Shown piece after piece: positions 18,469-26,852 of a DNA stretch of 64,000 nt; within the stretch, counting starts at the first letter, position 1, and each line of letters begins with the position of its first letter. A program made the translations under genes and the position numbers. Origin of the DNA: a virus (taxonomy: Duplodnaviria; Heunggongvirae; Uroviricota; Caudoviricetes); IMG/VR virus record IMGVR_UViG_3300024268_000010; one strand, given 5' to 3'. The notes beneath the pieces were generated by a model. The model did no database searches. It had not been told where the DNA came from and saw nothing but the letters and a program-made list of their open reading frames with translations.

Positions 18469-20652
18469 TTATTCTCTTTCTTTAATATCATGATCATCCA
18501 TGTGTACGTATCTGTGCGCAATTTCATCTGTACGACCTTGATTCCAGAAGTTTGTGCCAATATATCCACATGTACGTCTTGCGACATTCATTTTGTCTTT
18601 ATCTCTATTACCACAGTTAGGACATTCCCAAACAAGAGAATTATTGTCATCGATAATTTTGATTTCTCCGTCATATCCACACACCTGACAATAGTCAAAT
18701 TTTGTATTAAGTTCTGCATACATAATATTGTTATATATAAAATCAAGTACTTCTAATACTGCGTCAATATTACGGCTTAAATCACATGTCTCAATATAAC
18801 TTATTGCCCCTCCGGGACTTAATTGTTGAAATTTACTTTCGATAGCCAGTTTTGCAAACGGATTTACTTGTTCAAATACTGCAATGTGATAAGAGTTTGT
18901 AATGTAATCTCTGTCTTCTCCGTCAAGTTTAACAAAGATATCATTTCCGAATCTTTTCTTTAGTGCCTTAGCGAATTTATAGGTACCAGACTCCATAGGT
19001 GTGCCGTAAAGAGAATAGTCGATGTTTTCTGCCGCTTTCCATTGTTTGCACTTATCATTTAGTTTCTGCATTACACTTAAACCGAATCGTTCACCAATAT
19101 CACCATCTGTATGTGATTTGCCAGTCATATACTTTACGCACTCATAGAGTCCTGCATAACCAAGAGAAATTGTAGAATAACCATTATGAAGCAATGCGTC
19201 AATTGGTTCTCCTTTCTTCAATCTTCCTAACGCACCATGTTGCCATAGAATAGGGGCGGCATCGGAAAGTGTGCCTGTGAGACGTTCATGTCGGCATTGG
19301 AGCGCTCTGTGGCAAAGCTCAGTTCGTTCCTCAAATAATTCCCAGAACTTATCAAAATCTCTATTAGATGAAAATGCAATATCTGGTAAGTTAATAGTAA
19401 CGACACCCTGATTGAATCTGCCGTAATATTTGGGCTTGCCTTCTTCATCGACATAGGGAGTCAGGAAGCTTCTGCAGCCCATGCAAGGATAACAATGACC
19501 GTCTCCGTTTTTGTCAATCTTATTCTGAAGCATGATTTTTTCGGAAATATAGTCGGGAACCATGCGCTTCGCCGTGCATTTGGCGGCAAGCTTGGTCAGA
19601 TAATAATATTTGCTGTCTTTGTTTATATTGTCTTCTTCGAGAACATAAAGTAGTTTAGGAAACGCTTGTGTGACATAAACGCCAACTTCATTCTTCATAG
19701 ATTTAATTCTTTGATTTAAAAATTCCTCTATGAGCATTGCAAGTTCTTCTTTGTATTCGTTTGTTTCTCCAAGATACATAAACACAGACAAGAATGGAGC
19801 TTGACCATTTGTTGTAGACATACTATTAATTTGATAATTAAATGTTTGAACACCATCAGCAACTTCTTGTGTTAAATCTTCTTTAGCAAATTTAATTGCT
19901 GTTTCATCAGAAAGTCCTCGTTTTGTATGAATATTCAAATATCTATTATAACTATCTCTTATAAATGGAGCCAAATGAGTCAATGAAATTGATACTCCGC
20001 CGTACTGACTTGACGCAACAGCAGTAATGATCTGTGTAGCAATAGTACAAGCGGTAATAAATCTATGAGGTTTTTCAATCATAACACCATTGATTACTGT
20101 TCCATTTTGTAGCATATCGTCCAAGTTAACCAAATCACAGTTGTGGATATGTTGAGCAAAATAATCAGCGTCATGAAAATGAATAATGCCATCGTTATGG
20201 GCTTTTACAACATCTTCTGGTAATAGGAATCTTTTTGTTATATCTGTACTTGTAATGCCGGCAAGATAATCTCTTTGCACTGTTACGGTTTTTGCGTCTT
20301 TATTAGAATTTTCATTATTCCAATAATCATTTGTTCCATCAAGTAATTCTAAAATATTTTTATCTGTAGTATTACTTTCTCTAACAAGTTTTCGTTTAAA
20401 TCGATATTCGACATAATGAGTAGCTACATCTTTTCTTGAACTTGCCATTAACTTATTAACAACAATATCTTGAATATCTTCGACATCCATATCTTTGTTC
20501 AATGACTCAACATAATTAGCAATCTCTCTTGCTTTTTCTTTTGCATAAGAAGTTTCTTCTCCATCAACTTCAATAAATGCCTTTAGTACAGCAATTTTAA
20601 TTTTGCTTTTTTCAAATGGGACTTTTCTACCGTCCCTTTTAATTACATTCAT
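18469..20652 (-). CDS. nrdD: anaerobic ribonucleoside-triphosphate reductase
   Basis: 727 aa; C-terminal glycyl-radical motif RRTCGYIG; Cys-rich zinc site CPNCG. Confidence 0.9.
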   Translation of the reverse strand: MNVIKRDGRKVPFEKSKIKIAVLKAFIEVDGEETSYAKEKAREIANYVESLNKDMDVEDIQDIVVNKLMASSRKDVATHYVEYRFKRKLVRESNTTDKNILELLDGTNDYWNNENSNKDAKTVTVQRDYLAGITSTDITKRFLLPEDVVKAHNDGIIHFHDADYFAQHIHNCDLVNLDDMLQNGTVINGVMIEKPHRFITACTIATQIITAVASSQYGGVSISLTHLAPFIRDSYNRYLNIHTKRGLSDETAIKFAKEDLTQEVADGVQTFNYQINSMSTTNGQAPFLSVFMYLGETNEYKEELAMLIEEFLNQRIKSMKNEVGVYVTQAFPKLLYVLEEDNINKDSKYYYLTKLAAKCTAKRMVPDYISEKIMLQNKIDKNGDGHCYPCMGCRSFLTPYVDEEGKPKYYGRFNQGVVTINLPDIAFSSNRDFDKFWELFEERTELCHRALQCRHERLTGTLSDAAPILWQHGALGRLKKGEPIDALLHNGYSTISLGYAGLYECVKYMTGKSHTDGDIGERFGLSVMQKLNDKCKQWKAAENIDYSLYGTPMESGTYKFAKALKKRFGNDIFVKLDGEDRDYITNSYHIAVFEQVNPFAKLAIESKFQQLSPGGAISYIETCDLSRNIDAVLEVLDFIYNNIMYAELNTKFDYCQVCGYDGEIKIIDDNNSLVWECPNCGNRDKDKMNVARRTCGYIGTNFWNQGRTDEIAHRYVHMDDHDIKERE

Positions 20653-20666
20653 AACATTACGCTCCT

Positions 20667-20894
20667 TTACATTCCATAATAATTATTGTCGATTAACCAC
20701 CTTAGCACATCGTGATAATTGTCAATAATTGTATCACCAACTTCTAAAGCAGGGGCATTTTCTATGTTTTTCTCTTTCATGAGCTCCCTGTCATCCATAA
20801 TTTCTGTATACATGACATTATGAGTGTCCAACATCATTCTAATGATTGGACATCTTCCACATTCAGATAATGTGTATAGTGTAATTGGTTTTTT
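20667..20894 (-). CDS. glutaredoxin-like protein (NrdH-like redoxin)
   Basis: CGRCP redox motif; start taken at MKKPITLY with the RBS aaagga; about 75 aa. Confidence 0.55.
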   Translation of the reverse strand, partial: KKPITLYTLSECGRCPIIRMMLDTHNVMYTEIMDDRELMKEKNIENAPALEVGDTIIDNYHDVLRWLIDNNYYGM

Positions 20895-20920
20895 CATTTC
20901 TTTATTCCTTTCAATAATAA

Positions 20921-21502
20921 TCATTCTGTCTCGTCCTCCAAACGATTCTTCCACAAACCTTCAAGGTCACATATCCATTTAATAACAGAATAGCTTTTTG
21001 CAAAATTAAAATTTTGAACACTGTAATCCCATTTCTCATCAATAATAAACTTTCTAAACTGCGCAGATTCTGAATAACTTCTTGCTCTAAAAGTTTGCTT
21101 ATTGTCGCCACGTATATTTACTGCTCTCTCCATTCTTATATCATCAGGGCAGGAGATATAAATAATAACTAGGTTTAAATTAGGCAAATTCATAGATAAT
21201 AATGAATCTAAGCCTTTCGGATCAAGTGTATAAAAATCCGCTTTATAAACTTGGTCTCTTGTGGCATAATAATAATAGCCATTGATTTTTGTTTCTGCAA
21301 CTATGTCACCGTTTAGTTTTGCTGCATAGTAGTCTTCTTCTGTAATAAATATATGGTCATTGTCATTTTCGTTACGACGAGGACGAGTCGTGTATGAAAT
21401 TAACTGTGTATATCCTTCACGCTCACAAAGTCTGTTGATAAGACTTGATTTGCCACTGCCGCTTTTTCCAACAAAGATAACAAGGGTGTGTTCAATTTTA
21501 CT
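20921..21502 (-). CDS. guanylate-kinase-like (deoxy)nucleoside monophosphate kinase
   Basis: P-loop GKSGSGKSS followed by YTTRPRRNENDNDHIF, which matches the guanylate kinase signature; start ATGAGT overlaps the upstream stop. Confidence 0.6.
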   Translation of the reverse strand, partial: SKIEHTLVIFVGKSGSGKSSLINRLCEREGYTQLISYTTRPRRNENDNDHIFITEEDYYAAKLNGDIVAETKINGYYYYATRDQVYKADFYTLDPKGLDSLLSMNLPNLNLVIIYISCPDDIRMERAVNIRGDNKQTFRARSYSESAQFRKFIIDEKWDYSVQNFNFAKSYSVIKWICDLEGLWKNRLEDETE

Positions 21503-22214
21503 CATGAGATTCACCGTCCAAACAGATTTTATTAAAGTATGGCAATGTTGTAATCCAATAACATAGGATGTGCCATTCGTTAAGTTTATGGTTACGTCTC
21601 GCATAATACATATTCATCAGATTTTCGTAATTCATCGTAACGGTACGAAGTTGATTATAGCTTGATGGCAGAAGTTGAATCATGTCATGCCAATACGCTG
21701 TGTCTTTTGTTTCAATAAACTTCTGTCTGCGATCTTCAAGGTCTGAAACAGTTCTTTTAAGTGACTCAATTGCAAAAGCCCCCATACGATCATGAGAAAA
21801 ATCGTCAATTGTAAACTCTTTTGTATGAATTTTGTGCATGGTGCTCGTGGAATTGGCGACTGTGCCGACCTTGTAGGTGTCGAACTCCTTCCACCAATAC
21901 AGCGGAGCCAGAATGTCAACGCTGACAAAGATCTGTCTCAAAAATTTTCTATGGTCACCTCCGGCTTTAACAAGTTTACGAGCAAGTTTCTTATCGTTTT
22001 GTCCAAGTATAAATGTACATCCATGTTCCTTTACCCAATTATCATCATAGATACATTCTTTTCCAATAGAACCATCTTTTTTTGCTTGTTCAAAGTCTTC
22101 CTCAAACATAAACCCGTTATAACTATCGCTTTTATCCCAACTGTTCATAGGATTTCTCATTCCTCTGATGGCATTTTCAAAGTTCATTATACTAGTGTTT
22201 TTAAATTCAATCAT
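21498..22214 (-). CDS. ThyX-family (flavin-dependent thymidylate synthase-like) protein; the canonical RHR motif is not evident
   Basis: A hand alignment shows ThyX-like blocks: APLYWWKEF... and NLMNMYYARRNHKLNEWHI against the ThyX blocks APIFVARQWFRHR and [21 protein letters not shown]. Confidence 0.4.
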   Translation of the reverse strand: MIEFKNTSIMNFENAIRGMRNPMNSWDKSDSYNGFMFEEDFEQAKKDGSIGKECIYDDNWVKEHGCTFILGQNDKKLARKLVKAGGDHRKFLRQIFVSVDILAPLYWWKEFDTYKVGTVANSTSTMHKIHTKEFTIDDFSHDRMGAFAIESLKRTVSDLEDRRQKFIETKDTAYWHDMIQLLPSSYNQLRTVTMNYENLMNMYYARRNHKLNEWHILCYWITTLPYFNKICLDGESHE

Positions 22215-22216
22215 CC

Positions 22217-22375
22217 TTAAATCTCCAATCTATGTATTCCATGATATATCATAGCGCACTCGTCGGAACAAAAATAATTGCCATCCTCGTCACAATAATA
22301 ATCTTCTACATCATCCATAATATCATTTTGGCATTCTGCGCAAACTCCTAAAACTCTAACTTCTTTTTCATCCAT
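22217..22375 (-). CDS. small zinc-ribbon protein
   Basis: CAECQ...C..DEDGNYFCSDEC; start taken at MDEKEV with the RBS ggtgg, which avoids an 80-nt overlap. Confidence 0.35.
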   Translation of the reverse strand: MDEKEVRVLGVCAECQNDIMDDVEDYYCDEDGNYFCSDECAMIYHGIHRLEI

Positions 22376-22712
22376 TACTACCACCACCTTTTGGTTCAAA
22401 TTTTTCCGCTTCGTATAAAATTCCATTTTTCGGTTGTTTGGTAATAACATCCATAGGCATTAATCTTGCACCACGAGGCATATCCTTGTATGCCTCGTTC
22501 ATAACAGAATCAAACTGAGGTTTGGTAAGTTCACAAACCACTTTGTCGTTATATACTGGTGTTGCATAAGGTAAAAACTGGTGGTCTGCAAAATTAAAGT
22601 TATATCTGCGTTTTTTAATTCGTTCTACGAGAGCTTTCTTTCTATCTTCTGTGAAATTCACAGCCGGATATATTCCAGAAAAGCAATCTGTCCAACCTAC
22701 AACCGAGCTCAT
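22368..22712 (-). CDS. hypothetical protein
   Basis: 114 aa ORF in operon context. Confidence 0.4.
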   Translation of the reverse strand: MSSVVGWTDCFSGIYPAVNFTEDRKKALVERIKKRRYNFNFADHQFLPYATPVYNDKVVCELTKPQFDSVMNEAYKDMPRGARLMPMDVITKQPKNGILYEAEKFEPKGGGSNG

Positions 22713-23029
22713 ACTGCTTCCTCCTGTTCTTCTGAACTATCAGGTGTGTCGTTATTTTCTTCTTCCAAATCATTCTTTTGTGTGAGAGGAACAGTAATAA
22801 TCTTACGAATGTCTTTCATACAACGCTCGTAGCTTCTTAAGCTTGGATTGGGAGCGTCCAGGTGCTTTTGAATTGCACCAAAAACACCGGCGGCAATATA
22901 TTTTGCACCAAGTATCATCCCACTAGTGCGAGTTTTTTCAAACCATCCTTCAATCACATTGCGCAACTCATCTTCAGTTGCATTTTTAATTTCGTCCACT
23001 ACCGCAGACATATTTTCTTTTTCTGCCAT
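22709..23029 (-). CDS. hypothetical protein (acidic C-terminus)
   Basis: 106 aa; conserved leader motif upstream. Confidence 0.4.
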   Translation of the reverse strand: MAEKENMSAVVDEIKNATEDELRNVIEGWFEKTRTSGMILGAKYIAAGVFGAIQKHLDAPNPSLRSYERCMKDIRKIITVPLTQKNDLEEENNDTPDSSEEQEEAV

Positions 23030-23073
23030 ATTGTTTCCTTTCTGATTATAATATAATCATTGTGTATTGTAAA

Positions 23074-24846
23074 TTAATTATTAAAATCAATTTTATATTT
23101 GCTCCAGACATCTGCCTTATGTCCATCTTTTATAAACAAAGAACTGAATAGCGCAACCAAACAACAAGTGCAGATACTATTGCCTGCTTGTTTGTATCTT
23201 GCACTTGCAGATGTGAATTTCGCAGCCCTATCGTGGTCGTTATCCGCGAACCCCATCAATCTCCAACACTCCTTGGGAGTTAACTTACGAATTCTCCACT
23301 TAATTTTGTCTTGAATCTCACCATTGGCAACTTCTAGTCCACCACAATTCTGCCTCAATGTAGGAGAATAGTTCTCGTAAATTCTTGCGTCTCTGCTACC
23401 AGGGAATTGATCTTCGATAATAACAGTCTTTTCAAGAATCTTTACACCATTGCGTTCTGCTGACGCTCCACAATTACAAGTCAGTGTATTAATGGCGTCT
23501 TGGTCAGAACTAATACGACTATTATAGTCATCATAAACAATTGGTTCTTTAACAATAAAACTTGATTGAGTAGTTGTGCCATTAAGTGCAGGGGCATAAC
23601 CATCAAATACTCTGTTAGCTTTATTGTATCCGTTAGGGAAACTAATGTCCGCACAATCACCTACATTAAATTCGTCAACCACATCACTATTAATGTATCG
23701 TTTAACATTACCGTCCTCGGTAATCATCTTCTTTTGTGTTTCAGTCCAAAGAGATTGAGGTTCTGCAACATAATTGTCTTTGAGCAGTGTAGTAATTGTA
23801 TTTGCAACACCATCTGTACGAGGCTTCATTTCTCTCATATTACCAATCTTCTCATTAACTTCACCTGCTTCATACTGTTTACGAATTGCCTTACCATATT
23901 CAGTTCTTTCGGCACGAAGCACTTGAGGTTCACAGATGTAATTGTCTTTTTGTACAGATGTTAGAGTGTTTGTACATCCGGTAAAGTTAGGTTCCAGTCT
24001 CTGCTCGGTAGGTGCACCAGTGGTTCTATCAGAAGGATTGTCTGGATTTCTTCCACGAGAAGCAACTATGAAAGGCTCTGGTTCAATGACCATCTGTCCT
24101 CTGTCACTCATAGGATTTGCAGGAATTGTATGAGCATAATCTCTAATAGAGTATTGACTAGTTCCTCTATCACCAAACTTTTGAATAATCACCGGCTCTT
24201 GTTCCTCTACAATTGGTAAAATTGCAGTTTTAAAACCATCTGGACGAGTGGTGATTGTAGGACAGATGCCAGTGTGATTAACCTTTTTATTAAATGCATC
24301 AACCATATCTCCCGGCTCACATGCATTTTCCATAATTGTTTCCATCACTTGACGGAAAAATCTTTCTTTAATATCTGTGGTTACAACCTGTTTGTTTTCT
24401 TCAATGACCATTGGTTCACGATTACCACCATCCATTTTAGTTAAAGTAGGGGCAATGCCGTTCACATCATAAACTCTTCCCTGATTGGGATTATCTCTTG
24501 TTTTTGTAGGGCAAACATTGCCAATCTGTTTAACTTCTGGTTCTTCTTCCACAGGAATACATTTCGGATCTTTATAATCTCTTGCAAGTAATGTATCACA
24601 CACATCGGTTGTTTGAATGCGTTTCTTTTCTTGCACAAATGTTGAGTTAAGAATCTTCTCGATACGGTCATCCGGAAGGTAGTATTTCTCATCAACCGAT
24701 TTTTCAAGGATATCTTTTAAACGAGTTGTGAGTGGAATCTGTTCAGGGAAGATGAAACCATGAGTATCTACATCTTTGCGAATTGATATAGCAAATACAC
24801 GTTCACGATTCTGCGGAATGCCATAGTTCTTTGCGTTGCAATTTGT
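23074..24846 (-). CDS. C5 cytosine DNA methyltransferase, C-terminal exon/segment (motifs VIII-X); upstream boundary approximate
   Basis: The reading frame stays open upstream of the ORF-track Met and encodes NCNAKNYGIPQNRERVF (motif VIII); motif X is YKQAGNSI. Confidence 0.6.
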   Translation of the reverse strand, partial: TNCNAKNYGIPQNRERVFAISIRKDVDTHGFIFPEQIPLTTRLKDILEKSVDEKYYLPDDRIEKILNSTFVQEKKRIQTTDVCDTLLARDYKDPKCIPVEEEPEVKQIGNVCPTKTRDNPNQGRVYDVNGIAPTLTKMDGGNREPMVIEENKQVVTTDIKERFFRQVMETIMENACEPGDMVDAFNKKVNHTGICPTITTRPDGFKTAILPIVEEQEPVIIQKFGDRGTSQYSIRDYAHTIPANPMSDRGQMVIEPEPFIVASRGRNPDNPSDRTTGAPTEQRLEPNFTGCTNTLTSVQKDNYICEPQVLRAERTEYGKAIRKQYEAGEVNEKIGNMREMKPRTDGVANTITTLLKDNYVAEPQSLWTETQKKMITEDGNVKRYINSDVVDEFNVGDCADISFPNGYNKANRVFDGYAPALNGTTTQSSFIVKEPIVYDDYNSRISSDQDAINTLTCNCGASAERNGVKILEKTVIIEDQFPGSRDARIYENYSPTLRQNCGGLEVANGEIQDKIKWRIRKLTPKECWRLMGFADNDHDRAAKFTSASARYKQAGNSICTCCLVALFSSLFIKDGHKADVWSKYKIDFNN

Positions 24847-25760
24847 TATCCTATGGGCTTTTTATCCCATAGTTCTTATAGTTTCCTATAAGTTCAGCAT
24901 ACTTTTTCACCCTCGTTTAACGTTAGGTTTGATATTATCTCAGAATAGACTATATCTATCCGTGTTGGTGCCTCTTGGAGAGGTTATATTCTATATGCAA
25001 TAGTTTCACTCTCTATGCGTTGCCCCTGACTACACTTTTAAATGTAGCCTTCGGTTCGAGTTAACTTATTATAAATAATAATTTCCAGTATTTTTGTCAA
25101 ATTTAATTACGCCTTGTTTGCACAACTCATATGATAATTTTTGCAACTGATCATGAAGTTGTTGGTGTTCTGTGTTATCTCGACACAAATACAAATTTTC
25201 CAAGTCGTCATTACTCTTATCACCATCAATATGATGTACAATTTCTTCTGAAGTTAATTTTCGACCAATTTGTTGTTCTATTTTTTCACGATGGGTAAAT
25301 ACTTTTTTATCATAATCAAACCAATATTTATACCCCGCTATGTCTCGATGCAATTGTTTTGGTTTGTCAATAAGCCCCAACTGCAATCTTTTTCTCATAA
25401 CAACATAGTGTCCAAATCCAAGTCTTCCAATATTTAAATCTTCCCATATTTCTTTGTCCGTCCTGGTCATCCAATGTGTTTTTAAGTATTCAATATCATC
25501 GTCTGACCACGGATAAATCTGACCCATAATACTTTTTTCTGTTATACCAAGTCTTTGATATTTGTTATTAATCGATGCCAAAGAAACATTGAAGATTTTG
25601 CAAAATTCTTTCTTAGATTTAGTTTTGTAATTATCTAAAATATACTGATTTTCCTCTTGCGTCCAATCATGAGCCATAACAATCACCTCTCATTCATGGA
25701 ATATTATTATTCATAACTTAGTTTTCTCGCTTAATTCACCAATCATAATCTTATTTATTT
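24847..25760 (-). other. intervening sequence splitting the methyltransferase gene (candidate group I intron) with an embedded HNH ORF; boundaries approximate
   Basis: About 0.9 kb lies between motif VI/VII and motif VIII of a single MTase. The 24850-25068 segment has no ORF and is rich in hairpins (ccttcgg, cctcttggagagg, ctacac...gtgtag) plus a GATATAGTC S-element-like string. Confidence 0.45.
25069..25686 (-). CDS. HNH homing endonuclease
   Basis: HNH motif VHHIDGDKSNDDLENLYLC...H; 205 aa inside the intervening sequence. Confidence 0.7.
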   Translation of the reverse strand: MIVMAHDWTQEENQYILDNYKTKSKKEFCKIFNVSLASINNKYQRLGITEKSIMGQIYPWSDDDIEYLKTHWMTRTDKEIWEDLNIGRLGFGHYVVMRKRLQLGLIDKPKQLHRDIAGYKYWFDYDKKVFTHREKIEQQIGRKLTSEEIVHHIDGDKSNDDLENLYLCRDNTEHQQLHDQLQKLSYELCKQGVIKFDKNTGNYYL

Positions 25761-26489
25761 CTAAACAAGACGCCCACTGAGCACCTTCCAATATGTGTTA
25801 TATCCAACACTATCAAGCCAACGAACCCATGCTTCAAACTGTCCAATAAACTTCTTCTGCACCAAATTCTTGACATTTTCAAGCATTAAATATTCAGGCA
25901 ACTCATTTTCCTCATATGCTACAGAAAGCAATCTCTGCACTTCTTGGAGCAAACCAGAAGTCGTGCTTTCAAGAGAAGCATTACCACATACTGGACACTT
26001 GTAATTGTAGTCGGGATTGCTAAAGTCGATATCCCATTTGTGACCACACTTAGTACAAGTCTTTGCCGCTCCAGCCAACTTTCCAGCAACAGAAAATGAC
26101 TGACATGGACTACTATATGTAACAAAATTTGCACGAGGCAAGCGTTCAACTTTTGATATGTCACCCAAATTCTTCAGGAGTTTGTCACTAATGTAATATT
26201 GTTTCAGTTTAGGGATGGGTGTTCTGTTTGTAATAGTATGTTTTGATTTCTCAAAATCATATCCTATATTCTTTTCTTGAAGTTCTTTTATCATAATTTC
26301 TGCACTAGGAAAATTATAACTTTCAATTTCCCTTTCAAGGTCAAATCTCATCGCAGCAGATGACACAAGAACATCTTTATCACAATCACATACGCCAACA
26401 CTTTCGTATGGAATATTTAATTGCCGAATTGCTCGTTCTTGGCTTTGAATTCCACTGAATAGTTCTAACAGTTTAATTGATTCTGTCAT
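25761..26489 (-). CDS. C5 cytosine DNA methyltransferase, N-terminal exon/segment (motifs I, IV, VI)
   Basis: LFSGIQ (motif I), SPCQSFSVAG (motif IV), ENVKNLV (motif VI); start taken at MTESIK with the RBS aaaggtga. Confidence 0.65.
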   Translation of the reverse strand: MTESIKLLELFSGIQSQERAIRQLNIPYESVGVCDCDKDVLVSSAAMRFDLEREIESYNFPSAEIMIKELQEKNIGYDFEKSKHTITNRTPIPKLKQYYISDKLLKNLGDISKVERLPRANFVTYSSPCQSFSVAGKLAGAAKTCTKCGHKWDIDFSNPDYNYKCPVCGNASLESTTSGLLQEVQRLLSVAYEENELPEYLMLENVKNLVQKKFIGQFEAWVRWLDSVGYNTYWKVLSGRLV

Positions 26490-26599
26490 TAAATAAATCA
26501 CCTTTCTGTAATCATTCTGTATTGTACAATGTTTAAATATATAGACAAAACTAGCATTTTTGTCTATAATTACAAACATAATCATTTTGTACTGTATAT

Positions 26600-26627
26600 A
26601 TTATAGCATATTATTACCAATTGTCAA
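26600..26627 (-). promoter_or_regulatory. canonical TTGACA-16-TATAAT promoter followed by the ACAGTACAAAATGATT leader
   Basis: On the - strand: TTGACAattggtaataatatgcTATAATatatACAGTACAAAATGATTATG. Confidence 0.55.
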
Positions 26628-26635
26628 TAAATAAA

Positions 26636-26673
26636 AATGGTAGTTTACAATTTGTTTACAATTGCAACTACCA
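26636..26673 (-). terminator. terminator hairpin whose loop carries two tandem GTTTACAATT boxes
   Basis: ATGGTAGTT ... AACTACCAT 9-bp inverted repeat followed by ttttatttat on the - strand; the loop holds two GTTTACAATT copies 11 bp apart. Confidence 0.45.
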
Positions 26674-26678
26674 TTTTA

Positions 26679-26848
26679 ATGTTTTATTCTTTTGTCATGC
26701 TATCAATACGTTGAATTTCTTTTCTGATTTCATCCAAGATGTTTTCATAGTGTCCTCTGGATACAATCCATTGACCATTTATATAAAGGTCATATACACC
26801 ATCTGCTCTTTGTTTTACTTTTGCTTCAAATACAGTTGCATTGCTCAT
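26679..26848 (-). CDS. small hypothetical protein (56 aa)
   Basis: MSNATVFEAKVKQRADGVYDLYINGQWIVSRGHYENILDEIRKEIQRIDSMTKE; the ligase stop provides the ggag RBS. Confidence 0.35.
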
Positions 26849-26852
26849 CGTA

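Noticed and set aside
24850-25068. Classifying the intervening sequence as a group I intron from a GATATAGTC (S-element-like) match
   Set aside because: I could not locate a matching R element (GACUA strand) in the right order, so the intron class is left open; only an intervening sequence with an HNH ORF is claimed.
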